DNA from: an uncultured Verrucomicrobiae bacterium
GTDB taxonomy: Bacteria; Verrucomicrobiota; Verrucomicrobiia; Chthoniobacterales; UBA10450
DNA: 64,000 nt
Assembly: GCA_963801815.1 (NCBI GenBank)
Contig: CAWDGJ010000003.1
Coordinates: 1-64,000 of the forward strand
Direction of reading: 5' to 3'
Below are positions 9,839 to 21,440 of the stretch, piece after piece. Position 1 is the stretch's first letter, and each line of letters begins with the position of its first letter. The notes below the pieces were generated by a model. It searched no databases. It had not been told where the DNA came from and saw only the letters and a program-made list of their open reading frames with translations. The position numbers were made by a program, and so were the translations under genes.

Positions 9839-10450
9839 ATGATCAAAAAATTTGCTGTTCCGTTCTTTGCTGCGCTTCTTCTCGCGCCGATTGGTCACGT
9901 CTTCTCGCAGGATGCGACGCCAAACATTGACGAAGAAATTGCGAAAGCGCTGGCGGCGAAGCCAAAGAGTGCAACGGAGATGAAAAAGATCGAGGCGCAG
10001 CAAAAGGCCCAATTGAACGAGATGATGGCCGAGAATGACAAGGAAGAGGCCGCCGAGAAAACCAAGCAGAAAGCCGCGGCCGAGTCGGCGCTCGATGCCA
10101 AAGGACCGGTCGCTCTGCCTGATTGGACACCGAACGTTCCGCAATTTACGCCATCAGGGCCGATCACGCGCAAACTTGTCGACGGCCAACCGATGACGGT
10201 ACTCAGCGGCACATCTCCACTTTCGCCGGAGGCATTGTGCGACGCCTGGGACACTTTCAAACGTGACAAGTTTAGTCACGAGCGCACCGGCTCGGACATT
10301 AATCACCACGTTGATTTATCGGTTAAGTTCAGGAACGGCGAGGACAATACCGAAGTGAAGATGGAAGCTGAACGCAAACCCGGCGCAAAAGTTACTCAAG
10401 TTACAATCTCATCGCCTTTACCGGTCCCGGCGCCAGCCGGCGACAATTAG
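9839..10450 (+). CDS. Secreted hypothetical protein
   Basis: Signal peptide, charged helical region, LPDWTP motif. Confidence 0.7.
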   Translation: MIKKFAVPFFAALLLAPIGHVFSQDATPNIDEEIAKALAAKPKSATEMKKIEAQQKAQLNEMMAENDKEEAAEKTKQKAAAESALDAKGPVALPDWTPNVPQFTPSGPITRKLVDGQPMTVLSGTSPLSPEALCDAWDTFKRDKFSHERTGSDINHHVDLSVKFRNGEDNTEVKMEAERKPGAKVTQVTISSPLPVPAPAGDN

Positions 10451-10455
10451 TCCGC

Positions 10456-11109
10456 ATGCCAAAAAGAACTCACGATGGTGCGGGGCGGCCCCGAGTGCTG
10501 GTGTTGGTCGATGAATCGAACGTCGGCAGCTCGGTGCGCACTGCCGGACGCGGTCTGGATTGGTTGAAGTTGCGAGATTATTTGGCAGGTCCAAACACTG
10601 GCCGAGAGCTGATCGAGATGGTGGTATATGCCGGATTGCCGCCGGCAATGTCGATCTGGCAGGAAGAGCGTGATAAGAAAAACAAGTTTGTGCAATGGCT
10701 GCGCTCGAACGGATTCATGGTCGTGACCAAGGATGGATCGCCCGCCGAGGAAGGCCGTTACAAGGCGAATGTGGACGTGATGATGGCAATCGACGCGCTC
10801 GAACTTTCAGTCGAGATGCAACCGGACGTGGTCATTCTCGTGACCGGCGACACCGATTTCGCCCATCTCGCGATCAAATTGCGGCGTCGCGGAATTCGAG
10901 TGGAAGTGGCGTCGGTGACGCAAAATCTCGGGAACCTATTAAGATCGGCCGCGAACGAAGTGATCGATCTGGCGCAACTTTTTCGGACGTTCGAGCTAAT
11001 CAAAGTGGAAGAGCCGAAGACGGACGGGCGTCGGCCGCAGCAGCAGCAACGTTCGCAGCAACCGAGACGCCGGCCAAGATTTCGACCGACGCCGCGGCCG
11101 AGAACTTGA
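10456..11109 (+). CDS. NYN/LabA-DUF88 domain protein (PIN-like fold)
   Basis: LVDESNV, KANVDVMMAIDA, LVTGDTDF, GIRVEV. Confidence 0.9.
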   Translation: MPKRTHDGAGRPRVLVLVDESNVGSSVRTAGRGLDWLKLRDYLAGPNTGRELIEMVVYAGLPPAMSIWQEERDKKNKFVQWLRSNGFMVVTKDGSPAEEGRYKANVDVMMAIDALELSVEMQPDVVILVTGDTDFAHLAIKLRRRGIRVEVASVTQNLGNLLRSAANEVIDLAQLFRTFELIKVEEPKTDGRRPQQQQRSQQPRRRPRFRPTPRPRT

Positions 11110-11190
11110 GAACTGAGAGTTGAGAGAAGTTCAGAAGAGATAAAGCTTTCGGCTTTCAGTTTTCCGCTTTCAGCGTTTTATTGATTGATA

Positions 11191-12949
11191 ATGAAATCTC
11201 TTCGTTCGCTCGCTACCGGCGCCGCTCTTATCGCGATTCTTTGTTTTGTCGCTGCATCTTTTGCGCGTGCGCAAAGGGAAAAACCCGTGCCTGGCGAATT
11301 GAAAGTAAAACCGGGCAGGGAGACCCAAACGTCGGCTGAAGGCAGCGCATCGCCCGGCAGCAAGGAGGCGAAGAACGGCGATAAGGACAAAGATAAAGAG
11401 GAGGAGAAAGAGCCGCCTCCGAGTGTCACCGAGCACACGATCACTGTCGGCGGCAAGACGATTCATTATCGCGCGACGGCCGGTTACATGGTGATGCGCG
11501 ATTGGAGCGAAAAGAAAAAGATCGGAAGACGGAGAAAAAGCGGGCGAGCCGGCCGCGTCGCCAGCAAAAGAAGGCGACAAATCGAAAGATAAGGACAAAG
11601 ACAAAGACGAGCCGAAACAAAAGGCGAAGGTCTTTTACATCGCATACACGCGCACCGACGCCGGCAACGATCCGTCAAAGCGACCGCTCACATTTTCGTT
11701 CAACGGCGGACCAGGCTCGGCGAGCGTGTGGCTGCACATGGGCGCGCTCGGCCCGCGCCGCACCGAATTGACCGAGCGCGGCGAAGCGCCGCTCGCGCCG
11801 TATCACCTGGTGGACAACGAAGCGACGTGGCTCGATGCCACTGACCTGGTCTTCATCGATCCTGTTTCGACCGGTTACAGCCGCAGCGTGCCGGGTGAAG
11901 ACCCGAAGCAGTTTCACGGATTCAAGGAAGACCTCGCGAGCGTCGGCGATTTCATCCGGCTTTACACTTCGCGCAACACGCGCTGGGCATCGCCGAAATT
12001 CATCATCGGTGAAAGCTACGGCACTACGCGCGCGGCAGGGTTGAGTGATTATTTACAGGAGCGCTACGGCTTTTACGTCAACGGGATCATTTTGGTGTCG
12101 AGCGTACTTGATTTTTCGTCGATACGCTTCGCTCCTGGAAACGACCGGCCGTATTCGCTTTTTTTGCCGACCTACACTGCGGCGGCCTGGTATCACAAAA
12201 AGCTGCCGCCGGATTTGCAAAACAAACCGCTGGCCGACGTGGTGCATGAAAGCGAAAATTTCGCGTCCAACCAATACCTGCTCGCGTTGAATCGCGGCGA
12301 TCAGCTCGACGAGAATCAGCGCAAAGAACTTGCCAGCAATCTCGCCCGGCTCACGGGCTTGCCGGCAGAGACGATCGCGCAATGGAATTTCCGGATCCCC
12401 GCGCGGCGGTTCTTCTTCGATTTGCTCAAGGACAGGAACCGTTCGATCGGGCGCTACGATGCGCGTTTCACCGGCATTCGTTACGAACCGGGCACGGAAG
12501 ACTACGATTTCGATCCGAGCTACGAAGCTGTGCTGGGTCCTTACAGCGCGACGTTGAACGATTACGTGCGACGTGAGTTAAAGTTCGAGAGCGATTTACC
12601 GTATGAAATGATCGCCGACGTGCGGCCGTGGAACTTCGCAAACGTTGCGCAGAACCAGTATCTCGATGTCGCTGAGGATTTGCGTAAAGCGATGAGTCGC
12701 AATCCTTATTTGAAGCTTTGGGTTTGCTGCGGCTACTACGACCTCGCCACTCCTTATTACGCCGCCGAGAACGTGTTGCACGGGATGCAACTCGACCCGA
12801 CCATCCGCGACAATTTACGGATGACCTTCTACGAAGCCGGTCACATGATTTACATCAATCACCCGTCGCTGCTGCAATTCCGTAAGGACGCTGACGCGTT
12901 TATGCAGGACGCGCTCAAACCGCGGGTTGTTTCTACCGCTGCGCCGTAG
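11191..12949 (+). CDS. Peptidase S10 serine carboxypeptidase, apparent frameshift near 11520-11590
   Basis: FNGGPGS, FIDPVSTGYS, GESYG nucleophile motif, YEAGHM. Confidence 0.9.
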
Positions 12950-12954
12950 ACACG

Positions 12955-13055
12955 AAAGTAAAAAGTAAAAATTATGAATTAAGAAATGCAGCACTGCCTT
13001 TTGGGCTTCTGGCCGCTGTTAACTTCTTAATTTTTAATTCTTAACTCTAACTTTC
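12955..13055. repeat. Inverted pair of heptamer tandem arrays between convergent genes (possible bidirectional terminator)
   Basis: AAAGTAA/GAATTAA-type units followed by TTCTTAA/TTTTTAA-type units. Confidence 0.6.
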
Positions 13056-13059
13056 GTAA

Positions 13060-13542
13060 CTATCGCTCGGCGATGGTTACCGAAACCAGCTCGTCTCCGG
13101 CTTGAATGGCATCGACCATTTCCTGGCCTTGCCGAACCTGGCCGAACACGGTGTGTTTGCCGTTCAGCCAATCGGTCGCGACGTGGGTGATGAAGAATTG
13201 ACTGCCGTTCGTATTCGGACCGGCGTTCGCCATGGACAAACTGCCTACCTGATGTTTGCGCGGATTGCTTTTCACTTCGTCTTCGAATTGGTAACCAGGT
13301 CCGCCGCGCCCGGTTCCGGTCGGGTCGCCGCCTTGGACCATGAAATCGGCGATCACGCGATGAAAGAGCGTGCCGTCATAAAACTTTTCGCGAGCGAGGA
13401 AAACGAAGTTGTTAACCGTTTTCGGAGCGTCTTTGGCGAAGAGGTCGCAGACGATTTCTCCCCGCGAGGTCTTGAACGTGGCTGAGTATTGTTTGTTGGG
13501 ATCGATCGTCATCGACGGCGGAGAGCTGTAGTTTTTGGGCAT
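13060..13542 (-). CDS. Cyclophilin-type peptidyl-prolyl isomerase
   Basis: [35 protein letters not shown]. Confidence 0.95.
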   Translation of the reverse strand: MPKNYSSPPSMTIDPNKQYSATFKTSRGEIVCDLFAKDAPKTVNNFVFLAREKFYDGTLFHRVIADFMVQGGDPTGTGRGGPGYQFEDEVKSNPRKHQVGSLSMANAGPNTNGSQFFITHVATDWLNGKHTVFGQVRQGQEMVDAIQAGDELVSVTIAER

Positions 13543-13621
13543 AAGGAAAGTATGAATTATAAATTAAAAATTAAGAAGTCGAGACGCACGATGGGTTATC
13601 CTTTCTTTAACCTTTTAATTC

Positions 13622-15392
13622 TTACTTTTTAACTCCTACTTGCTGCGTGATCCACTCTTCGACACGCTGTTGGAGCAAGTCTAGCGGCATCGCGCCGCCG
13701 TTCAGGATTTCATCGTGGAATTTCTTGATATCGAATTTTTCTCCGAGTTGTGTCTTGGCCTCATCGCGCAACTTGAGAATGGTGAGTTGCCCCATCTTGT
13801 AAGCGAGCGCTTGCCCGGGCCAGGCGATGTAACGGTCCGCTTCAGTTTGCACCATCGCGTCGTTGAGGTCGTTGGCGTGCATGTAATCGACCACCTTCTC
13901 GCGGCTCCAGTTCTTGTCATGAATTCCGGTATCAACCACCAGCCTGACAGCGCGAAGCATCTCTGAACTGAGCCGGCCGTAATCAGACACCGGGTCTTGA
14001 TAGAAACCGATCTCTTTGCCTAACTCCTCGGAATAAAGTGCCCAACCTTCGGCGTAAGCGGGATAAAAACCATGCAGCCGAAACTTCGGCAAACCTTCCA
14101 GGGTTTGGGCGATGCTGATTTGGAGGTGATGACCCGGAACGCCTTCGTGATAGGCAACGGCTTCGTCGTCGACCAGTGTGCGCTTGGTTGGATTTGATAC
14201 CGCAACGACCACCCGGCCCGGACGTTTCCCATCCGGCGTGCCTTGGACGTAATGCGTGGCGGCGGCTTTCGCGAAATCGGGAATCGGTTCCACCGTCACC
14301 GGCGATTTCGGCAACAATCCGAAAAGTTCCGGCAACTTCGGTTCCATTTGATCGATGTACTTTTTATAGTCATCCAGAATCTGTTCCTCGCTGGTTGGTT
14401 TCCATTTGGGATCGTTGTTAACCGCTTCCCGGAAGCTGGCGAGGTCTTTATATCCGTTGCTTTGGGCGAGCTTGGTCATCTCGGCTGTGACGCGCTCCAC
14501 TTCCTTCAGTCCGATCTCATGGATATCGGCCGGCGTGACGTTCACGGTGGTCATCGTTTTCACCGCTTCGGCATAGCGCCGCTTCCCATCGGCGAGGCTC
14601 TCGATCGAAAGCCCGGTCCGTCCTTTCGGATCGTATTCGGTGCGCAGGAACTCGGCGAATTTCTTGTACGCCGGAAAAACGTCGTCGTTGATCGCCTTTG
14701 TGATCTCGTCGGTCAGGCGTTTCTTGTCCTGCTCGGAAAATTCTGTCGGAAATTTTTTCGTCGGCTCAAGGAACGGGTTCGCGGCGATGACGCCGTCGCA
14801 TTGGCCGGGTAACTTCTCGAGCAGGAACTTGGGCGGCATCAATCCATCCTTTCCGCCTTGTCGCATCACCTCGGTTGTTTGTTCCAGGACCCGCGGGATC
14901 TGATGTAACCGGGAGATGTAATCCTGATAATGCGGCACAGAATCGAACGGCACCGCGTTCGGCAAATCGGCGAGCCGGGTGTGCACGCCGTTCTGCTGGT
15001 TCACCGGCATCTCGTAATTCTTCAGACCGTAGTTCACGTCTTCGCGCTCGAGCTGCTTCTGGAGTATGCGATGACTTAGCAGGTCATTGTCGCTCATCCC
15101 GTCGGTCGGGAATCGCTTTCAACCGAGCGAGAAAATTATCGGCTTCCGCATGTTGGCGCGCGATTTCAGCGAGCGAAACCTGGCCGAGCTGCGAGTTGTA
15201 ACGGTAATCGCCGAAAGCAGTGGCCCGCTCCGGAAAATTCTTCAGCCCTGTCTGATAAAACTCTTCAAAGAGTGCAGTCTGCTTCGCCACTCGATCCGTC
15301 AATGACTGCGACGCCGCCGCCGCCGTCCCGTTAGCGACGAAGACGGAGCCCGCCAATCCCAGAACCAACCCGAAAACAAATGAGTATCGCAT
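13622..15392 (-). CDS. DUF885 family secreted protein, apparent frameshift near 15100
   Basis: HEGVPGHHLQ, EGWALYSE, RLVVDTGIH, PGQALAYKMG. Confidence 0.9.
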
Positions 15393-15484
15393 ATCGATAG
15401 ATACCGTAGCAGAAGAGGTGACGAGTGACAGGTGACGAGTGACCGCGTAAAGCTTCGCCACGCGGCCTATCGGCGGTGACCAGT

Positions 15485-15970
15485 AGGTAGCGGCGATTGA
15501 CCTCAATCGCCATCCGATCCTCTGCGACTCAACGTCTCAAACTCTTAACGTCTCAAACTTTTTCATCTTCGAAGATTCGCAGCATGAAATAGTGAATTAC
15601 GATTAGTAAGCTCACTGAATTCTCGTTCCGAGTTCCAATTTTATTTCAATCTTCCCGCAAATGCGCTGGCCAACAGGAGCATCGGCCAGGAAACCGCGAC
15701 CAAGACGAGGGCAAAGGCAATCAGCTCAGGCAAAAAATCCGGCCGGCTTCGATAGGCATAGCGATCAGTGATAAAACGACGGATGCGTATCCGCATCGGT
15801 GTTGTGCTTTTCATAAGTCACTGAAGCGAACACCTATTGGGTCGCAACTGTTAACTGCCAAAAGTGACACGATTGTTACTTCAATTGACCAGCCCGGCCT
15901 GACAACTGGAGACAATGTGACTCAGCGCGGGGGAGGTAGCGGCGATTGCCCCCAATCGCTATCTGATCCT
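15485..15970 (+). repeat. Two 37-bp GTAG-led REP-like hairpins (15485-15521 and 15934-15970)
   Basis: AGGTAGCGGCGATTG-N4-CAATCGC..GATCCT, 33/37 identical. Confidence 0.75.
15641..15814 (-). CDS. 57-aa single-TM protein (not in the ORF track)
   Basis: MKSTTPMRIRIRRFITDRYAYRSRPDFLPELIAFALVLVAVSWPMLLLASAFAGRLK. Confidence 0.6.
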   Translation of the reverse strand: MKSTTPMRIRIRRFITDRYAYRSRPDFLPELIAFALVLVAVSWPMLLLASAFAGRLK

Positions 15971-16059
15971 TCCAAGTCGTCACTTATATAATATAGAGGG
16001 GTCTGTGCTGGCCGGTGATCTCTGATCGCTGATTGTGACGAGTTGACCGTTAGTTCGCC

Positions 16060-16686
16060 CTAGCCAACGGCCGCTTGCACGTGGTTTTCTTCGTCACGCG
16101 CGACCGGTGTCGGTTGGCGATCACCTGAAGTGTTGGATGGTTCGCCATTCGCTGAAGCCATCGCAGAGGTGTGAGGCGGTGAGTCTTTGAAAAGAGAAAT
16201 TACCTGGCGCCGGTTCTCCAGTTCTTTGTCGATCCTTTTCTTCCAACGCGCCGGAACCGCCGGGGATGTTTCGGACAACCGGTCCATCTGTCGTTGAATG
16301 TCGGTGATCGATCGATGGAGCTCAGTCGGATCCGACGGCGAGAACGTTTTCAGGATTTCCAGTGATCGTCGCAGCGCGCCGTACCGGGCGCAGGCAATTT
16401 TGTGTTGGTCGGCCCGTTGCGATAACCCGAGAAACGTTTGCAAACAGGCCAACAGCGCCGCCAAACCGCTGGCCATCCCAATTCCCATCTTGATCGGATC
16501 GCTTAAGTCCGGGCGTCCCAGCCAATAAAAAATTGCCGCCGCCACACCGGTCGCGAGGATGATGATTGGGACGCCCAACCGATAATGCCAGCGATTGAGC
16601 CGGCTGCCGCACTCGTCGTGGGTCAGCTGATTATCGCGCGCTCGTTCAAACCAGCCGGTTATGAGTTTCTCGACATTCGGGTCCAT
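16060..16686 (-). CDS. SLATT-domain two-TM protein
   Basis: H...G.RL...HYRLGVP, two TM helices, LQTFL...RADQHK.ACARYGALRR. Confidence 0.8.
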   Translation of the reverse strand: MDPNVEKLITGWFERARDNQLTHDECGSRLNRWHYRLGVPIIILATGVAAAIFYWLGRPDLSDPIKMGIGMASGLAALLACLQTFLGLSQRADQHKIACARYGALRRSLEILKTFSPSDPTELHRSITDIQRQMDRLSETSPAVPARWKKRIDKELENRRQVISLFKDSPPHTSAMASANGEPSNTSGDRQPTPVARDEENHVQAAVG

Positions 16687-16820
16687 TCGCCGCTGACTCC
16701 TTCGGATTCAGATAACCGGAATTTGGTCGCTAAGGCGAGAAGAAAAAGAAGTGGCGGGGAGGACAGAAGGCAGGGGCAAAATCGAAAATTCTGCGACGAA
16801 ATCACAGCAGACAATACCAA

Positions 16821-16851
16821 AAAGCCGCAGGGACGTGTGCCTGCGGCTCTT
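16821..16851 (-). terminator. Rho-independent terminator-like hairpin
   Basis: AGCCGCAGG..CCTGCGGCT with an A-run on the left, downstream of 16880..17243. Confidence 0.6.
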
Positions 16852-16879
16852 GTTGATCGATATCTCCTGATTGATTCGA

Positions 16880-17243
16880 TCAATCCAGAACGACCACGTG
16901 ATCAATCACCTTTTGGTCCCCGACGCTCGTGTAAAAAACCCGCACCCTGCTCCCAGGTTGGACTGCGGTTACGATCGGGTCACCCTTCTTGTCCACAATG
17001 CGGCCGGGTCCGTCGAGCGTATATCTGCCCGGCTTTGCCGCATCGTCCTGACGAATCACCAGCGTTTTGGGCGGCTGATAATTGGCCGCCGCGCCGTCTT
17101 CCGCCGCGGTAATGATTGTTCCCGTTACCGTGACTGTCTGCTCCACTGGTTGTTGTTGTTCCCTTGTGATGCGAACGGGTTTGTCCGAACGCCAGCGGCG
17201 CCACCAGTGCGCAGCAGGCAAGGGTCACCATTGTTTTTTTCAT
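16880..17243 (-). CDS. Small secreted beta-rich protein, paralog of 29426..29785, one apparent frameshift
   Basis: TLACCALVAPLAFGQTRS and TVTVTGTII...IDHVVVL shared with the paralog. Confidence 0.8.
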
Positions 17244-17485
17244 ATGATACATCCTCCTCATTTAGTGTTTAGAGTTGTGCAGTTGTGCCGCCGTTCATTT
17301 GGGTCGCTCAAATAGCGAGCCGACGACGGAGGAACAGGCAAGAGTGGCTGGAAAAGCTTAATCTGCTTAATTATTTACAGAGTTAACGAACTGCGTCTGC
17401 AAAGCTGAAACGCCAAAAGCGGAAAGGCAACGCCGGATTAGATTTGCTTTTGCTTTCTTACTTCTTAATTCTTAACTGGGTTTCG

Positions 17486-18145
17486 GTGGCTGAACGATTG
17501 CTTTTGATTTGTATTACGCTGCTCGCGTTGTTCGTTGCAGTCGCGCGGGGCGAAGGGAATTATCAGTCAACGCGTGATGGCAAGACGCTCGTCTGGAACA
17601 GCCATCCCAAACCAGGCGACGTCGCGACCTGGTCGGGTGACCGTGACCGTGACGATTACGCCCACGGGTTTGGTCAGCTCGTCTGGTACACCAAAGAAAG
17701 CGGAAGCGATAAACCGCAACTTTATGCGCGTTACTGGGGGCGAATGGTAAACGGAAAACTCGAGGGCCCGGTCAATGTTCATTCAAAACGAAAAACGCAT
17801 TATGCGATTTTCATCGATGGCGCCCGAGTAAGCGGTTGGGCAGCCGGCACTGCGCCGTCACGAGCGACTTCGCGTTGGAGCATGATGGTCGCGAAGCGGC
17901 GAATGAATGCGGAATCGGAACCCGCCTCCGCCGAAGAGCTCCGGCGTGGCGAGCCGGAATCGCCGGCGGCGGGACCGCTGCCAGGAAAGGAAGAAGGAGG
18001 ACGGCAGAAGATCGAAGGCAGAGAACAGGTGTTACAATCAGACGAGTCGATTCAGGACCTTTACAGCGAGCGCTGGCCAAAGATCGACATCGATGACTCG
18101 TTGCGATTGCTCGTGTTTCCGCCGCGGGCGTTACGCTCGCTCTAA
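17486..18145 (+). CDS. Secreted hypothetical protein with a MORN-like N-terminal region
   Basis: TWSG..D.YAHGFGQLVWY..YWGRMVNGKLEG. Confidence 0.7.
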   Translation: MAERLLLICITLLALFVAVARGEGNYQSTRDGKTLVWNSHPKPGDVATWSGDRDRDDYAHGFGQLVWYTKESGSDKPQLYARYWGRMVNGKLEGPVNVHSKRKTHYAIFIDGARVSGWAAGTAPSRATSRWSMMVAKRRMNAESEPASAEELRRGEPESPAAGPLPGKEEGGRQKIEGREQVLQSDESIQDLYSERWPKIDIDDSLRLLVFPPRALRSL

Positions 18146-18335
18146 AAGAAGGTGAGGCGGTGAGGTGTGACCCCTTGCGAGCTGTAAATTTGACGCTAAG
18201 TAATGCGCGTGATTCTGTCGCGGCGCGGCCTCCCGGACGACTTGAGCGCATTTCTCATTTTTTCGGCAAGATATTTGCTGCCTTGAAACGTCTCCAAAGG
18301 TCGACGCCGGACGGTGCTCCGTTACTCAAGAGATT

Positions 18336-19064
18336 ATGAAGCAAGACTTTAAAGCGCTCCGGCTGTCCTACTTGACCCTCGTCGCGGCAGGCGCAGTCTT
18401 CGGCGTCGCGACCTCTCAGGCCGTGGCCCAGGACGTTTCCGCGACCTATGTCTCCGGCGCGGAAGTCGCCGTGAAATCGAACGGTTTCTCCGCCGAGGGG
18501 AAAACAATAAACATCGCACTGCAATTTGCTCCGTCCCCGGGCACTCAGTTGATAGTGGTGCAAAATACCGGCCCTGGAATCATTCGGGGCAGATTCAGTA
18601 ATCTGGCGCAAGGACAAACCATTACCTTGACCTACGCCGGGCTGGTTTATCACTTCGTCGCAAATTATTACGGAGGTAACGGCAACGATCTCGTTCTTTT
18701 GTGGACCACAGGCGACGAGCTTGTGCCGCCAGTGGCAAAAAGTAAGCTCGATGGCCAGCTCCTTTTGGCGCTAAGAAAAAGTCGCGGACAACCTCCCTTC
18801 GACCGGCCGACAACGCTGGAACCTCAAATTCCGATCAAAGATGGCGACCGCGTGCTTGTTGACATCGAAGGCTCGGTATCGAACGCGCTGCTTAGCCAGG
18901 TCACGTTGGGTGGGGGATCGCTGCCGGGAAGCTCCCCTCCAAGTGCGACGACGCTCCGGGCGATGGTTCCACTATCGCAATTGGAAACACTCGCGGCGCG
19001 CTCTGATGTGAAATCGATTTCACCGGCAAAACTTTCTGTGACAACTCGCCTCGAATCACAATAG
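18336..19064 (+). CDS. Secreted two-domain protein: beta-rich domain plus protease-propeptide-like domain
   Basis: Signal peptide; FSNLAQG..YYGGNGNDLVL; KLDGQLL..RVLVDI..LRAMVPLSQLETLAARSDVKSI. Confidence 0.75.
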   Translation: MKQDFKALRLSYLTLVAAGAVFGVATSQAVAQDVSATYVSGAEVAVKSNGFSAEGKTINIALQFAPSPGTQLIVVQNTGPGIIRGRFSNLAQGQTITLTYAGLVYHFVANYYGGNGNDLVLLWTTGDELVPPVAKSKLDGQLLLALRKSRGQPPFDRPTTLEPQIPIKDGDRVLVDIEGSVSNALLSQVTLGGGSLPGSSPPSATTLRAMVPLSQLETLAARSDVKSISPAKLSVTTRLESQ

Positions 19065-19078
19065 CCAGGCCAAGAATC

Positions 19079-21346
19079 ATGAAGCGACGTTGGTATCAAT
19101 TCGAAAAACTGGTTCGTGCCTGCAGAACCCAGCCGCGCGCGACGTTTCTGGCTTTTGTTTTGTGCCTCGCGGTCACGGCCGCTCCAGCGCTCGCGCTAAC
19201 CATCAATCTGAATTTCGATCCGGATTCCACGTTTCAGAATGCCGGCCTGAGTTCTACTGACATAGCGAACATGAAAGCCGCCGCGGCCTACGCGGCTTCC
19301 CAATTCACAACCAACCTCAGCGACGGCGTCCATGTGAATATCAGGGTCACTGCTGTTGCGCGGAACAAGTACACTCGGAGAAAGCAACACCTTCCTCACC
19401 TCCGTCTCGAATTATGCCTCGCTCCGGTCTGCCGTTGCGGCCGATGCGACGACAGTCGATGACGCAACGATTTTGGGCCCCGGCGGCTCTCTCCCCACGA
19501 GCGATCCCATTTTCTCCTCTCACCTTTACATGCTGAGCACTGCTGAAGCCAAGGCCTTGGGCGTGAGTCCGGATGATTTTTCGAACGATGGCACGTTTAC
19601 GTTCGGTGGTGGATTCAGTTACACCTACGATCCCAACAACCGTGCCGTTCCCGGCAAGATCGATTTCATCGGTGTCGCCATGCACGAATTCTCCGAAATC
19701 ATGGGACGAATTCCACTGATGGGTGACAACCTTACCGGGTCTCCTGACTACATGCTCATGGATTTGTTCCATTACACCGGCGCCGGCACGAGGGGCTTAA
19801 ACGAGGGTCCGGGACGATCTTTCTCGATTAATAATGGAACGACTCTTCTCAAAGCTTTCAACAATGCGAATGCGAACGGCGGGGACTCTCAGGACTGGGC
19901 GAGCGGCACCAACGACTCTTTTAACGCGTTCAGTGGTTCCGGGGTTGAGAACGATTTATCTGCCGTGGACCTGCGCGTGATGGATGCCATCGGATATGAT
20001 GCCACCGGCAGCGGCACTCCTACTCCAACTCCAACCGGGACTCCGAGCGGAACTCCTACGCCAACTCCCACAGCGACGCCGACGCCAACAAGTGGCCCGG
20101 CAGTCATGCTTAGTCCAGTTCCAGGTACGACGCTGGCAGGCTCAACTGTTACGTTTCAATGGACTGCTGGCAGCGCCACAGCCTATATCCTGCTCGTGGG
20201 CAGTTCACTCCACGGCTCTGATATTTACGGTTCCGGCGTCGTTCACACCCTCTCGGCGACAGTAAACAGAATACCCACTGACGGGCGCACGATTTACGTG
20301 ACGTTAAGCTCTCAGGTTAATGGCTCTTGGATCACCAACAATTACACCTACACGGCGTCCAACGGAGCTCCAACCCCAACGCCGACGCCCACTCCGGTGC
20401 CGACACCTACTCCGACTGCCACACCGACTGCTACTCCTACCCCAACAGCGACGCCGACTGCTACACCAACCGTCACGCCCACACCAACTCCAACCGGCAC
20501 TCCCACACCAACCCCGACGTCGACACCAACTCCAACGCCGACATCCGGTCCCGCAGTAATGGTTAGTCCAGCTCCGGGTTCAACCTTTACTGGCCCTACC
20601 GTTACGTTTCAGTGGACCGCAGGCAGCGCCACAGCTTACATATTGACACTGGGCAGTAACGCAAAGGGGATAGACATCTATTCGTCCGGAGTGGTCCACA
20701 CCTTGTCTGCAGTCGTTAATAACATTCCGACCGATGGCAGGGCTGTCTTTGCAACGCTCTATTCTCAAGTGAACAACACTTGGCAAAGTAACGCCTACAC
20801 CTACACGGCTTCCAACGGAGCTCCAACCCCAACGCCTACACCGACTCCGACTCCGACACCTACTCCAACACCGACGCCGACACCTACGCCTAGTGCGACG
20901 CCGACACCAACTGCAACGCCAACTCCGACGCCAACTCGCTACTCCCACGCCAACACCGACTGCACACCAACCCCACGCCAACACCGACTCCGACGGCGAC
21001 ACCGACCGCGACACCAACTCCAACGCCGACATCCGGTCCCGCAGTAATGGTTAGCCCGGCTCAGGGATCAACCTTTACTGGCTCAACGGTTACGTTTCAG
21101 TGGACGGCTGGCGGCGCCACAGCTTACATATTGACACTGGGCAGTAACGCAAAGGGGATAGACATTTACTCGTCCGGAGTGGTCCACACCTTGTCCGCAG
21201 TCGTTAATAACATTCCGACCGATGGCCGGACAGTGTTTGCAACGCTCTACTCCCAGGTTAACAACGTCTGGCAAAGTAACGCCTACACCTATACGGCTTT
21301 CTCCAGCGGGGCTCCAACTCCGACGCCTACTCCACCGCAGGGATAA
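19079..21346 (+). CDS. Secreted NF038122-like metalloprotease with PT linkers and three ~90-aa repeats, apparent frameshifts
   Basis: [31 protein letters not shown]; ORFs 19079, 19356 and 21047 join. Confidence 0.8.
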
Positions 21347-21440
21347 TTGTTAACGTCACTCTCGGTAGCTCGATCACGACAAATTCAACCTGCGGGCTGC
21401 GATTGAATCGGTGATCAAGCAAGCGATCACGAACTGTGAG
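21331..21440 (+). pseudogene. Decayed start of a second metalloprotease domain
   Basis: Aligns at DNA level with 24772-24881. Confidence 0.7.
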
